From an uncultured Candidatus Poseidoniales archaeon (GTDB lineage Archaea; Thermoplasmatota; Poseidoniia; Poseidoniales; Thalassarchaeaceae), in the NCBI GenBank assembly GCA_964645485.1, contig CAZXZO010000001.1, forward strand, positions 90,812 to 132,060: a stretch of 41,249 nt of DNA, written 5' to 3'. Under the pieces are notes generated by a model. It searched no databases and had not been told where the DNA came from. It saw nothing but the letters and a program-made list of their open reading frames with translations. A program made the position numbers and the translations under genes. Below are positions 18,458-27,866 of this stretch, piece by piece. The first letter of the stretch is position 1; each line of letters opens with the position of its first letter.

Positions 18458-19711
18458 TTAGGATTGAAATTCAGTGATTGCCGAATGGACCTCTTCATCA
18501 TCCATCAATCGGCGCTGACTCTTTGCTACTTCAAACAGATGAGCCACCAAATCATCATTCACATCGTAACCATTTTTCCCTAACCAATGAGTGATGTTTG
18601 AACGACCAGACATATGGCCAATTCGAATTACTTGTTCTAGCCCGAAATCGTTGGCTGGGACTCCAGAATAAACTCGGTCAGCCAACCAGTGGTCACCTTT
18701 CTTCATCGCTTTGATGACTGCTGATGCGTGGACTCCAGTCCCAGTCTCAAAAGCATCAGCACCAAACACTGGATAATTACGCGGCAAGGCGACTTCAACG
18801 TATTCATGCGCCTTGCGCATGTATTCATTGAGTAAAGTCAAATCATTATCTATAACACCCATCAAACTCAGGTTCACCAAAGTCTGGTCAAGTGGAGCAT
18901 TTCCTGCGCGTTCTCCCACACCAAGAGCAGTTCCATGAATCACATCAGCGCCCGCCTCAACTGCGGCCAAATTGTTGGCAACCCCCAAACCTCGGTCTTG
19001 ATGGCCGTGCCAGTTAACCTCGATATCCCTTCTTTTGACCCCAGCATCGGGAATTACCTCATCTTGAATGAAGCCCAGCAACTGAGTCACACCGTTAGGA
19101 GTAACATGTCCACAAGTGTCACAAACGCAGATACGGTCTGCACCTAATTCGATTGCTCGAGTGTAAACTTGCTTGATTTCATCTGGTTTTGAGCGGGTTG
19201 TATCTTCTGTCACAAACATAACTGGAATATCGTTGTCAACAGCAAATGTGACCGCCTTTTCAGCAGTTGATAGAATCTTATCCATTGTCCAATTCTCCGC
19301 GAATTGACGAATCGGTGAAGTTCCAAGGAACGCACTCGCCTGAATCTGCATCTCGTGTTTTGCTTGCAAATCGACAAGCGGTTCAATATCACCAATCATC
19401 GTGCGAACCGCGCAACCCGGTCGGATTTGGAAATCATTCTCGCTTATTTCACTCAACATCGCATCAATGTGGTCAATGTGAAAAGGTCCTGCACCAGGCA
19501 ACCCAAGGTCTACTTTTTGCACTCCAAGTTTTTCCATGAAATTGAGTAACTCAATTTTTTGTTCAATAGTTGGATTTCTAGCGCTTGGACTCTGTAGTCC
19601 GTCGCGCAGAGTTTCATCATCAAACCATACCCCATGTGGATGATTTGATGGATTTCTTTCAAAATCGTAGTCAACGATATTCCAATCGTAAACAAGGTCA
19701 CTTTCCTGCAT
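18458..19711 (-). CDS. LeuA-family DRE-TIM acyltransferase (isopropylmalate/homocitrate/citramalate synthase-like) without regulatory domain
   Basis: DETLRDGLQS, CDTCG, HGHQDRGLGVANNLAAVEAGA, GVGERAGNA, HASA, GHMSGRSN. Substrate cannot be determined by eye. Confidence 0.88.
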   Translation of the reverse strand: MQESDLVYDWNIVDYDFERNPSNHPHGVWFDDETLRDGLQSPSARNPTIEQKIELLNFMEKLGVQKVDLGLPGAGPFHIDHIDAMLSEISENDFQIRPGCAVRTMIGDIEPLVDLQAKHEMQIQASAFLGTSPIRQFAENWTMDKILSTAEKAVTFAVDNDIPVMFVTEDTTRSKPDEIKQVYTRAIELGADRICVCDTCGHVTPNGVTQLLGFIQDEVIPDAGVKRRDIEVNWHGHQDRGLGVANNLAAVEAGADVIHGTALGVGERAGNAPLDQTLVNLSLMGVIDNDLTLLNEYMRKAHEYVEVALPRNYPVFGADAFETGTGVHASAVIKAMKKGDHWLADRVYSGVPANDFGLEQVIRIGHMSGRSNITHWLGKNGYDVNDDLVAHLFEVAKSQRRLMDDEEVHSAITEFQS

Positions 19712-19866
19712 CGTAAATCACTCTCAGTGGTCGCCCGCTTGCGCCCGCAGGCGCGCAGAGGCACTCCTTTGGTAAAGACTCAACGACTGAATTAATGGCC
19801 CTTATTGGTCTGATGAATTCCACCTAAGGAGTAATTCCGATCAAAATCCAGCAACCCCTCAAGGAA

Positions 19867-21009
19867 TTATTCCGCAATAGATGGGGTTGGTTCGGAATCC
19901 GATATTTTCATATTTTTTGGGTCATTTTTCCAGCGTTTGTAGACTTCAAGGATTGCAACTCCTGCAAGTGCTATCAAGCCAACATAAAATGATGCAACTA
20001 CCATTACCATCGTTACAAATAGTAGTGCTAAATACTTCATTGAAATCATGAAAGAAGAGAAAGCAGATGGGATTTTTCCCTTTTCATCTCGCGGCTCTCT
20101 GAGGTCTATGTTTAGGACAGATTGGTTATACCAAACACCGAGTAACAAGGCCCAAGCAAAGTAAGTAGTGGAAATTGCCCATCCAGTACTCCACACATCA
20201 TCGCGTGGAAAGCCCCACATTATTGGGTCGATGAACATGGCTGATATTCCGATTAGAAGTGCAGTATAAACGCGCATTTCTGAGATTGTATGTTTACCCC
20301 CCTTGACGGACGGAAGCATTGGCACATTTGCTTCTGAATATTCACGGTCACGGAATAGTGCAAGAGCCCAAAAGTGGGGTGGAGTCCATAAGAAAATGAG
20401 CATAAACATGAGCCATGGTAGTGCTGCCCCGAGGTTCAGGAAGGCTCCGAAATCTAAAGAATGAGACATTGCCAAAGTATCATTTGCGGCCGCCCAACCA
20501 ATTAGTGGAGGAGTTGAACCAGCGATACCTCCGATCACAATATTTTGACTAGTCCTGCGTTTTAGCCAAATTGTGTAAATTATGACATAGAATAATACAC
20601 TGAAAGCAGCCCAGAAAGCAGCAACGGCGTTTGCCATTTCAATCAACCATATTGTACCAAGAATTGCCAAAGATATTCCTAGCAGTAAAGCAGTTCTTGC
20701 AGTTACATTTCCAGATGGAACAGGACGTTCAGCGGTACGCCCCATAAATGGGTCAATGTCAGCATCATACCACATATTGATAGAATTTGCTCCGCCTGCA
20801 GTAAGGAATCCTCCGATGAAAACAACAAAACAAGTCCACAGTGTTGCTACTACATCAAACCCATTGCCGAGATGATATTGAATTAAATCATGTATCAGAA
20901 CTGCACATAATGCCGTCACTTGAAGTAATGAAATTACCACCGGCTTAGTCAATGCAACCAAGGCACCTATGGTGCTGGTGCTGTCAATTTCAGGTGCGGC
21001 CTCAGCCAT
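19867..21009 (-). CDS. ctaB: Protoheme IX farnesyltransferase (heme o synthase)
   Basis: LTKP, NSINMWYDADIDPFMGRTAERPVPSG, YTIWLKRRT.QNIVIGG.AG..PPLIGW, WTPPHFWALAL. Start moved from 21078 to ATG21009. Confidence 0.95.
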   Translation of the reverse strand: MAEAAPEIDSTSTIGALVALTKPVVISLLQVTALCAVLIHDLIQYHLGNGFDVVATLWTCFVVFIGGFLTAGGANSINMWYDADIDPFMGRTAERPVPSGNVTARTALLLGISLAILGTIWLIEMANAVAAFWAAFSVLFYVIIYTIWLKRRTSQNIVIGGIAGSTPPLIGWAAANDTLAMSHSLDFGAFLNLGAALPWLMFMLIFLWTPPHFWALALFRDREYSEANVPMLPSVKGGKHTISEMRVYTALLIGISAMFIDPIMWGFPRDDVWSTGWAISTTYFAWALLLGVWYNQSVLNIDLREPRDEKGKIPSAFSSFMISMKYLALLFVTMVMVVASFYVGLIALAGVAILEVYKRWKNDPKNMKISDSEPTPSIAE

Positions 21010-21046
21010 TAATTGCTGTCGGGCCGCACCCCATCTATGAAACAGC

Positions 21047-22075
21047 CTATTCGTTGAGGTGACAAATAGTGTATCCAATGCCTAACAGGAGAATTACATC
21101 GGTGCCAAAAGATAAGTGGGCTAAAGAAAGGAATTCTGGAAATCCGTTTCCAGCAGCGAGAATAACATAAGAAGCCCCAACAAGGATATTGAGTAAAAAT
21201 GCTAACAAAGCAATTCCAAATGAAATTTGCAGATTTTTTGCTTCACCTTCAAGTCTGTTTTTCAAGTCAAAATATCCCTTTGCCAACCAGATTCCAATTA
21301 CCAACACTGCAACCCTGTGTATCCAGGCCACGAACACGGCAATGTTCCCCATAATATCCGGAATTAGAGACCCTTGACATAATGGCCATCCTTGCCACCA
21401 CCCTACAGAACAGCCTGCGTTGAATGAAACACCTCCCCCAGTTGCGACCCAAACACCCAGTAAGAGTACGGGTAAAGTAGCGAGTGTGAACATACCAAAG
21501 TTTTTCTTTTCTTGTTTGGATATCGAGTTTGAAAGAGTTGCCCATTTTGGAAATTCTCCAATATCTCTTAACCAAATTAACCACCAGTAAAATAACCAAA
21601 TTGTGTAAACAATTGCAAGAAGCAGATGCAGTACTACTGACCAAGAATCATTGTCAAATCTGACAGTAATGGCGCCCATCGCACCTTGTGCAAGGATGAT
21701 AACCAGAGCAGTTTTTGCAGCAAACCAATTCTCATCTGAAAGTTTTTCACGTTTTTTGTAGACCTTGAATAGGCCAACAAGAACCACGGCACCTGAACCC
21801 GTGGCTAGGAATCTGTGAAACCATTCTGTGAATATTTCAAAAGTTGTGTAGCGATGATTTTCTCCGCGCGAGTCAATCTCATCTGGATTTGCCTCGTACC
21901 ATGCTGTTTGGTCAGCTTCACTGACGTCAAATCCAAGGGTACCAAAACAGGTAGGCCAATCTGGGCAAGATTCGCCAGCGTCATTGATTCTAACAAATCC
22001 GCCGGCGAGGATTACAGCCAATGCCATTACTCCAAGCAGTAGTGGGATGTTGCAGGCTCGCAACCAGTTCCCCAT
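21047..22075 (-). CDS. ctaA: Heme A synthase (COX15/CtaA)
   Basis: GESCPDWPTCFG, EWFHR, HLLLA, second-half GC...WPLCQG, WIHR, LAHL; about eight TM helices. Confidence 0.93.
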   Translation of the reverse strand: MGNWLRACNIPLLLGVMALAVILAGGFVRINDAGESCPDWPTCFGTLGFDVSEADQTAWYEANPDEIDSRGENHRYTTFEIFTEWFHRFLATGSGAVVLVGLFKVYKKREKLSDENWFAAKTALVIILAQGAMGAITVRFDNDSWSVVLHLLLAIVYTIWLFYWWLIWLRDIGEFPKWATLSNSISKQEKKNFGMFTLATLPVLLLGVWVATGGGVSFNAGCSVGWWQGWPLCQGSLIPDIMGNIAVFVAWIHRVAVLVIGIWLAKGYFDLKNRLEGEAKNLQISFGIALLAFLLNILVGASYVILAAGNGFPEFLSLAHLSFGTDVILLLGIGYTICHLNE

Positions 22076-22127
22076 GCACACTCGTAATGGTAGCCGCTAT
22101 ATCAACAAACGGCCGCGACCATTACAG

Positions 22128-23135
22128 ATGGCAACAAATCGAATGCTGATTTCTCTCGCCGCGATACTCATTTTTATGTCTCCAATTTTTTCAGTTGGAT
22201 TAGTGTCAACTCCAGTATCAGCAGAAAGTCAGACTGTAGATTTCACTCCAGGTGAAGTAGTAATGGTGTTGACAATGCCAATTTTCAATGGTAGTGGAAA
22301 TTCTAGTGATGCTGAGCAAGCACCACATCTTGTTGAACTCCATACTGCAACTTGGTGTACTCCGTGTCGTAGTGCAGAAGATGAAGTCGATGAATTGGAT
22401 TCATGGTGGCCAGATGTAAGGACCATCTCTTTGCACCCATCACTTGACAGTCCAGACGAGTTAGCAACAAGCGTAAGTTCAGAAGTTTATGAAAAATATA
22501 ATCTTAGTGGATATCCTTCAATTATCGTTGATGGGCACTGGACTTTATTGGGTGATAAACAGGCAACAGACCTCCAACCACTACTGGCTAACCTGTCTGA
22601 GGATAATCTGCCAAGACAAGGTTCTACCAACCTTGGATTCTCGTGGCAAATGGCAGGAGAGAATTTCACATTAAATTGGAATTTAACCTCTCAAATTGAA
22701 GTATATGTTGACTTCTTAATCAGTCAAGATGGGGTAGAATGGCCGGGCACAAGCCAAACTCTTGACAATGTAGTACGTAGTGGTTTGACGAACTTAACAG
22801 GAGAAAGTGAACAGTCATTTTCTCTAAATCAATCAGGTTCAGGCAATCTAACTTTGAATGCGATTGTCAGAGTCTCAGGAGATGTAAAATTAGTTGGGGG
22901 TTCTGAAATCCCCTTGTTCACTGACCTTCCTGATACGTGGAGCGAACCTGAAAGTGTGCGCTCTCTTTCACCCAAATTTATCGCGGCGTTTTCTGTAATC
23001 ATTTTCCTTCTCGCTTTGATTCCTATGCGGCATACAGTTCCGGTGCTTTTCCGTAAGCATCAGCCTATCGGGGGTCAGGAGCAAATTTCTAATCAAGAAC
23101 TGGGTGATAAATCGGCTGTTGACGAGCAAGAGTAA
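22128..23135 (+). CDS. Membrane-anchored thioredoxin-fold protein (WCTPC)
   Basis: N-terminal signal; VELHTATWCTPC; GYPSIIVDG cis-Pro loop; beta-rich second domain; C-terminal TM. ATG22128 avoids overlap with ctaA. Confidence 0.8.
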   Translation: MATNRMLISLAAILIFMSPIFSVGLVSTPVSAESQTVDFTPGEVVMVLTMPIFNGSGNSSDAEQAPHLVELHTATWCTPCRSAEDEVDELDSWWPDVRTISLHPSLDSPDELATSVSSEVYEKYNLSGYPSIIVDGHWTLLGDKQATDLQPLLANLSEDNLPRQGSTNLGFSWQMAGENFTLNWNLTSQIEVYVDFLISQDGVEWPGTSQTLDNVVRSGLTNLTGESEQSFSLNQSGSGNLTLNAIVRVSGDVKLVGGSEIPLFTDLPDTWSEPESVRSLSPKFIAAFSVIIFLLALIPMRHTVPVLFRKHQPIGGQEQISNQELGDKSAVDEQE

Positions 23136-23213
23136 TTGAATTCAAACCCGAATGCCTTATGAAAGAGCGGCTCTCGCCCCATTCTCACAGACGTAGTCTG
23201 TAGGTGATAACCA

Positions 23214-23468
23214 ATGGTAAAACCAATTAGACCACACACCCGCTTTGAAAAGGCAAGAATCATCGGTTCGAGGGCTCTGCAAATCAGCATGGGTGCGCCA
23301 CTTTATGCAACCGAAGAAGAGTTGCGAGTTAACTTCCGAGAAGAGTTAGTCTCACTTTATGGAGTCGATGAAGCCAACATCCGTTTCGTTCTTGACCCGC
23401 TCAAGATTGCAACTTTAGAGTATGAGAAGCACCTCATCCCAATTGATGTAGATCCACACTTGGATTGA
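23214..23468 (+). CDS. rpoK: DNA-directed RNA polymerase subunit K (Rpo6)
   Basis: [21 protein letters not shown] and [10 protein letters not shown]...IPI; SD GTAGGTGAT. Confidence 0.95.
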   Translation: MVKPIRPHTRFEKARIIGSRALQISMGAPLYATEEELRVNFREELVSLYGVDEANIRFVLDPLKIATLEYEKHLIPIDVDPHLD

Positions 23469-23482
23469 ACGCACAGAGTAGA

Positions 23483-23502
23483 CTGAGCACCTCAGTGCTC
23501 AG
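23483..23502. terminator. Hairpin CTGAGCAC-ctca-GTGCTCAG between convergent rpoK and vapC
   Basis: Perfect 8-bp inverted repeat that overlaps the vapC stop codon. Confidence 0.55.
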
Positions 23503-23894
23503 CGGTGAAACTGAACATTGAGTCCAGTAATTCTCTCAAAGTGGCGGTCTGCTGTCCATAATGTCTGCGTATTGTTGATTGCTGTTGCTGCGATTATGCA
23601 ATCTTCAGGCGAAATCGATTTTCCCTCCTGGATTAACTCAGCTCTAATTTTACCTGCAGTTTGGGCGATTTCTTGACTTACAACATGAACATTTAATTGA
23701 GCCAAATCATTCATCGCGCGGGAAATTTTACTTGGTTGGTATCCGCAAAGGACTAGACCTTGTTCTATTTCCATTACTGAAATCGCTGAAATACTAATTT
23801 GTTGACGTTCAACCAATGCTTCGCCGAACCTGTCAATCGAGTTACTCTCACCGCGTAATACATCGATTAAGAATGAGGTGTCAAGAATTGGCAT
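23499..23894 (-). CDS. vapC: VapC PIN-domain toxin
   Basis: ILDTSFLID, SVMEI, DCIIAATA, LWTADRHFERITGL retain the PIN acidic residues. Confidence 0.92.
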   Translation of the reverse strand: MPILDTSFLIDVLRGESNSIDRFGEALVERQQISISAISVMEIEQGLVLCGYQPSKISRAMNDLAQLNVHVVSQEIAQTAGKIRAELIQEGKSISPEDCIIAATAINNTQTLWTADRHFERITGLNVQFHR

Positions 23895-24144
23895 CTTCTT
23901 CATCACCTTGCATTCTTGCCATCAACTCTTCACTGCGCATTGAAGATTCGTTGCGAGAATCGATGATTTGCTCCTTCATTTTTTCAGCATCATCGTCTGA
24001 AAGAATCCCCGCTAAATCTAGCAGGCTTTTGGGTCTATAATTACAGATTCTGCAAACCACATCTGAAAAACTCTCGCCAGCACTTTTATTGTTGCTCAAG
24101 ACGGAATATGCATCTTCACTCAACCGCACCATTTTTGTGACCAT
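23881..24144 (-). CDS. vapB: VapB-type antitoxin (DUF217-like)
   Basis: TKMVRLSEDAY.L...K..GESFSDVV.R; overlaps the vapC start by 14 bp. Confidence 0.88.
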   Translation of the reverse strand: MVTKMVRLSEDAYSVLSNNKSAGESFSDVVCRICNYRPKSLLDLAGILSDDDAEKMKEQIIDSRNESSMRSEELMARMQGDEEDANS

Positions 24145-24150
24145 CTTCTT

Positions 24151-24184
24151 ACCTGTATACACCTGTATACTTGGCCTTATTTAA
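24151..24184 (-). promoter_or_regulatory. vapBC promoter: TATA box plus tandem GTATAC operator sites
   Basis: ACCTGTATAC x2 at 24151-24170 (palindrome TGTATACA at 24154-24161); minus-strand TTAAATAA at 24177-24184. Confidence 0.65.
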
Positions 24185-24264
24185 CTCCAACGATTATTAA
24201 AATGGATGATTCTTCAATTAATTTAACTAACTCAAATGGCTCAGTTATTGGGCGTTTCAAAAAA

Positions 24265-25443
24265 TTACTCAACTTTGATTAGCATAGCAACAGCATTGCC
24301 GCCACCAAGGCAAATTGTCACAATCCCCTTGCTTCCACCACGTGTTCTTAGGGCGTTGATTAGAGTCATTAGACAACGAGTTCCAGTTGAACCAAGTGGG
24401 TGTCCAATAGCAATAGCGCCACCGTTAACATTGAATTTATCATCAGAAACCCCCAATTCTTTGGCAACTGCACAACTCGCAGCCGCGAATGCTTCGTTGT
24501 GCTCAACAATATCAATGTCAGATATAGCCAGATTATTTCTCTCTAACAGCGTTCTAACCGCTGGAATCGGTGCCGCCATCACATCAGCGGGTGCAAGCCC
24601 AGATGTCGTTTGGTCATCAATGGAGGCTAAAATTTCCCAACCCTCTGACTCCGCTCTATCACGACTGACAACGAGTACCGCTGAAGCACCATCAGAAATC
24701 TGACTCGCATTCCCTGCTGTCACTTGGCCTTCAACATCAAACACAGGTTTCAGTTCACCTAAATTTGTAGCACTTGTAGAACCACGAATTCCTTGGTCAC
24801 TCACTAGTATCATTGGATTTCCATCTCTGTCAACCCCTTCAACAGGAAAAGCCTCCCACTCAAACAACCCATTCTCCCAAGACTGGTGTGCTCGTTGATG
24901 TGAACGAACCGAAAAATTATCAGAATCATCTCTTGAAATGTCAAAATCACAGGCAACTTTCTCGCCTGTATTTCCCATATGTTGGTCGTTATATCCATCC
25001 CATAATCCATCATGCATCATGATGCTTTTCATTTCACCATATTCATCACGTCCTGTCTTTTGGCCAAAATATGGTGAATTTGTCATCGATTCCATTCCAC
25101 CCGCGATTACAACTTCGTATTCACCAGCGCGAATCGCTGAGGCGGCAATCATCACGGCTTTCAGACTTGAGCCGCATACTTTGTTGATGGTTGTACATGG
25201 TGTAGAATTAGGTAGTCCCGCACCAAGTGCAACTTGGCGTGCAGGTGCTTGCCCAGCACCTGCTTGCAGCACCTGTCCAAACAGAACTTCGTCAATAATG
25301 CCGGTGCTTGCATCTATTCCAGCCCGTTCAAGTAATTCTGCCACTGCTAGGGTTCCTAGTTCAGTTGCCGAGTAATTTTTCAAAGCACCTCGAAATTTCC
25401 CAACTGGAGTTCGGGCGACTGCACAGATGACCGGGTCTGCCAT
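24265..25443 (-). CDS. Acetyl-CoA C-acyltransferase (thiolase)
   Basis: NKVCGSSLKA, GGMESM, TAGNASQISDGA, HNEAFA, GHPLGSTG, CLGGG. Confidence 0.95.
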   Translation of the reverse strand: MADPVICAVARTPVGKFRGALKNYSATELGTLAVAELLERAGIDASTGIIDEVLFGQVLQAGAGQAPARQVALGAGLPNSTPCTTINKVCGSSLKAVMIAASAIRAGEYEVVIAGGMESMTNSPYFGQKTGRDEYGEMKSIMMHDGLWDGYNDQHMGNTGEKVACDFDISRDDSDNFSVRSHQRAHQSWENGLFEWEAFPVEGVDRDGNPMILVSDQGIRGSTSATNLGELKPVFDVEGQVTAGNASQISDGASAVLVVSRDRAESEGWEILASIDDQTTSGLAPADVMAAPIPAVRTLLERNNLAISDIDIVEHNEAFAAASCAVAKELGVSDDKFNVNGGAIAIGHPLGSTGTRCLMTLINALRTRGGSKGIVTICLGGGNAVAMLIKVE

Positions 25444-25505
25444 TGAGTAGCACTGCGAGGGTTCGCCCTTTCAATCATACCCTCAATTAGTCAACCCTAG
25501 TTTAG

Positions 25506-26564
25506 TCAAGCAAAACCATAGAATTCAGGGTCTTGTAACTCAGGTAATGATTCTCTCTTGATGAGGAGTGTGCGAACAGCCCAGAGGTCTCCAAATACAC
25601 GATACTGAAGTGTTGCTTCGAGGTAGTCAACTCCGGATGAACCGCCAGTGCCTACTCTGCGCCCAATCAGTCTCTCGACCATGCGTACATGGTGGGTGCG
25701 GAAAAGTACCAGTGATTCCTCAAGTTCCACTAAAGTGTCAATCAAAATTCGTGGCCAAGCAAGGAGAGGAAGTTCTCTGTATGATTCAATGAACAGCAAG
25801 CCTGCTCGGGAGCGGGACACCACTCCATCTGGCTTTAGAAAATCGACTGCAGCAGCATGTGATCCTGAAAATCTCGCGGCTACCGCTTCAATATTGTCAA
25901 CACCATGTTTACTCATTCTAGCAACCGCATCATCGCCGATTTTTTTGTGAATAGCCAAATATTCATCAACAAACTCGCTAACTTTTTCTTCATCGCCAGA
26001 ATCTCCTGCTAGAGAACCTTGAATTGGTGTTCGTAGTAACCAATTTGCCAAAATATCACCAAGTGCAGGCATTTCTGATTCTGCTTCTAGTCTTCTGAGG
26101 ACTTCAGCATCTGTTTCACCACGCTCTGCTAACTTTCTGAAGTGAGCGAGCGGGTCCATGCCTGCAACACGCTGCTTAGTTTCTAGACCTAATAGAAGTT
26201 CAAGTTCCCGCATTTGATAGGACTCAAATCCGGACGCAGTTCCTAATCCATCGCGGAACGCCAAGAAATCTTGAGGAGTAAGGGTCTCCATTATTTTCCA
26301 TTGGTTAGCCATATGGCGGAAAATTTCGGTACATCTCTTGAGGTGATGGACGATTCGCGGTACATCTTCTTCGGGAAGTGTGGTTTGGAGAAGTAGGGCT
26401 CTAGCGGCTCTTAACTCAATAAGAACAAGGCGAAACCAAAGTTCGAAGTTTTGGTGAACAATGACAAAATGTTGCTCGTCATTTGAAAGTTCATTATCAT
26501 CTCCTTGTAGGCTTAACAGTTCGTGGAGGCTGAGATAATCTGCGTAGGTCTTACTTCCGGCCAT
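25506..26564 (-). CDS. kynA: Tryptophan 2,3-dioxygenase
   Basis: TYADYL.L..LLSLQ, HFVIVHQNFELWF, GTASGFES.Q.RELE, RLIG.R.GTGGSSG..YL. Confidence 0.93.
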   Translation of the reverse strand: MAGSKTYADYLSLHELLSLQGDDNELSNDEQHFVIVHQNFELWFRLVLIELRAARALLLQTTLPEEDVPRIVHHLKRCTEIFRHMANQWKIMETLTPQDFLAFRDGLGTASGFESYQMRELELLLGLETKQRVAGMDPLAHFRKLAERGETDAEVLRRLEAESEMPALGDILANWLLRTPIQGSLAGDSGDEEKVSEFVDEYLAIHKKIGDDAVARMSKHGVDNIEAVAARFSGSHAAAVDFLKPDGVVSRSRAGLLFIESYRELPLLAWPRILIDTLVELEESLVLFRTHHVRMVERLIGRRVGTGGSSGVDYLEATLQYRVFGDLWAVRTLLIKRESLPELQDPEFYGFA

Positions 26565-26703
26565 AACTCTCCGTTGGGGCAGAGGTTTAACGAATTGTCG
26601 TTACATAATTTTACTCACGACGTTGGGAAAATACGCAAACTCCACCCACGTTTTGAGCGGTAGAAGCGTTATACTCATTTAGTGGACCTATCAGCCATTC
26701 CTA

Positions 26704-27816
26704 ATGGCAGGTAGCGGCGAGCAGTTGGCGGAGTGGCTTTCCGCGTACAATCCTGATGAGATTACCATCGGTGTAGTCGCATCTCATTCGGCCCTACAAA
26801 TTCTTCACGGCGCTCGTGCTGAGGGTTTCAGAACGCTTGGAATTGCAGTCGGTGAAGGCCGACGAAAGATGTTCAAAGCATTTCCAGGCGCTGAGCCGGA
26901 TGAATGGCTAATGTTAGATGATTATAATCAGATGTTAGACAAAGCAGAATGGTTTAGAGAGCGCAATGTAATCATAATTCCACATGGTTCTTTGGTGGAA
27001 TATCTTGGTCCAGACAATTTCATTGATTTACAAGTTCCAACTTTTGGTAACCGTCGCATCTTGAAGTGGGAAGCCGGTAGAGATACTCAGCGAGAATGGC
27101 TAGAAATGGGTGGCTGCACAATGCCAAAAACCATTGATGACCCGCATGATATTGATGGGCCAGTCATCGTAAAATATGCTGGTGCCAAAGGCGGCAGAGG
27201 GTATTTCGTCGCCAGAAATTTCAGAGATTTCCGGCGAAATGTCGATTTGGAAGAGGATTTCACAATCCAAGAATACATTTTGGGAACTCGCTACTACATG
27301 CAATTTTTCTACGACCCAATTTGCGATGACGGCTATCAAGTTGAAGGCATGATGTCAAGAGAAGGCCAAGAAATAGGACGCCTAGAATTGCTAACAATTG
27401 ACCGGCGCGACGAAGCGAATGTTGACGAGTTCTACAAGTTGGGCTCACTCAGAGACCTACGTGACATGGGTTTGGAACCGTCGTTCGTGGTTACTGGTAA
27501 CGCTGAGGTGGTTTTGCGTGAGTCTCTACTTCCCGAAGCATTCCGTTTAGGTGAAGGAGCGGTTGCTTCATCTCTTGAGTTAGAGGAAGGCGCACGAGGT
27601 ATGATTGGGCCGTTCTGCCTTGAGGCAATCGTAACTGACAAATTAGAATTCAGAGTATTCGAAGTATCTGCTAGAATTGTGGCGGGTAGTAACGTCAGTA
27701 TTGGCGGCTCGCCATACATGAACATTAACGAGGATAACATGAGCGTAGGTCGCCGTATTGCAAGATGCATTCGCAAGGCTGCTGATAAGAATAGATTACA
27801 CGAAATCTTGTCTTAA
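26704..27816 (+). CDS. purP: PurP-family FAICAR synthetase (ATP-grasp)
   Basis: SHSALQILHGA..EGF.T, IPHGS.VEY, VKY.GAKGG.GYF, IQEYILG, GPFCLE, FEVSARIVAG.N. Confidence 0.9.
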   Translation: MAGSGEQLAEWLSAYNPDEITIGVVASHSALQILHGARAEGFRTLGIAVGEGRRKMFKAFPGAEPDEWLMLDDYNQMLDKAEWFRERNVIIIPHGSLVEYLGPDNFIDLQVPTFGNRRILKWEAGRDTQREWLEMGGCTMPKTIDDPHDIDGPVIVKYAGAKGGRGYFVARNFRDFRRNVDLEEDFTIQEYILGTRYYMQFFYDPICDDGYQVEGMMSREGQEIGRLELLTIDRRDEANVDEFYKLGSLRDLRDMGLEPSFVVTGNAEVVLRESLLPEAFRLGEGAVASSLELEEGARGMIGPFCLEAIVTDKLEFRVFEVSARIVAGSNVSIGGSPYMNINEDNMSVGRRIARCIRKAADKNRLHEILS

Positions 27817-27866
27817 CTAGGCCATCTAGGAATTAATCAAACAATCTCGTAAGAGAATGTTTTCAA

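Noticed and set aside
21010-21078. ctaA/ctaB overlap suggesting fusion or frameshift
   Set aside because: ATG21009 gives a normal non-overlapping CtaB; no slippery site was noted.
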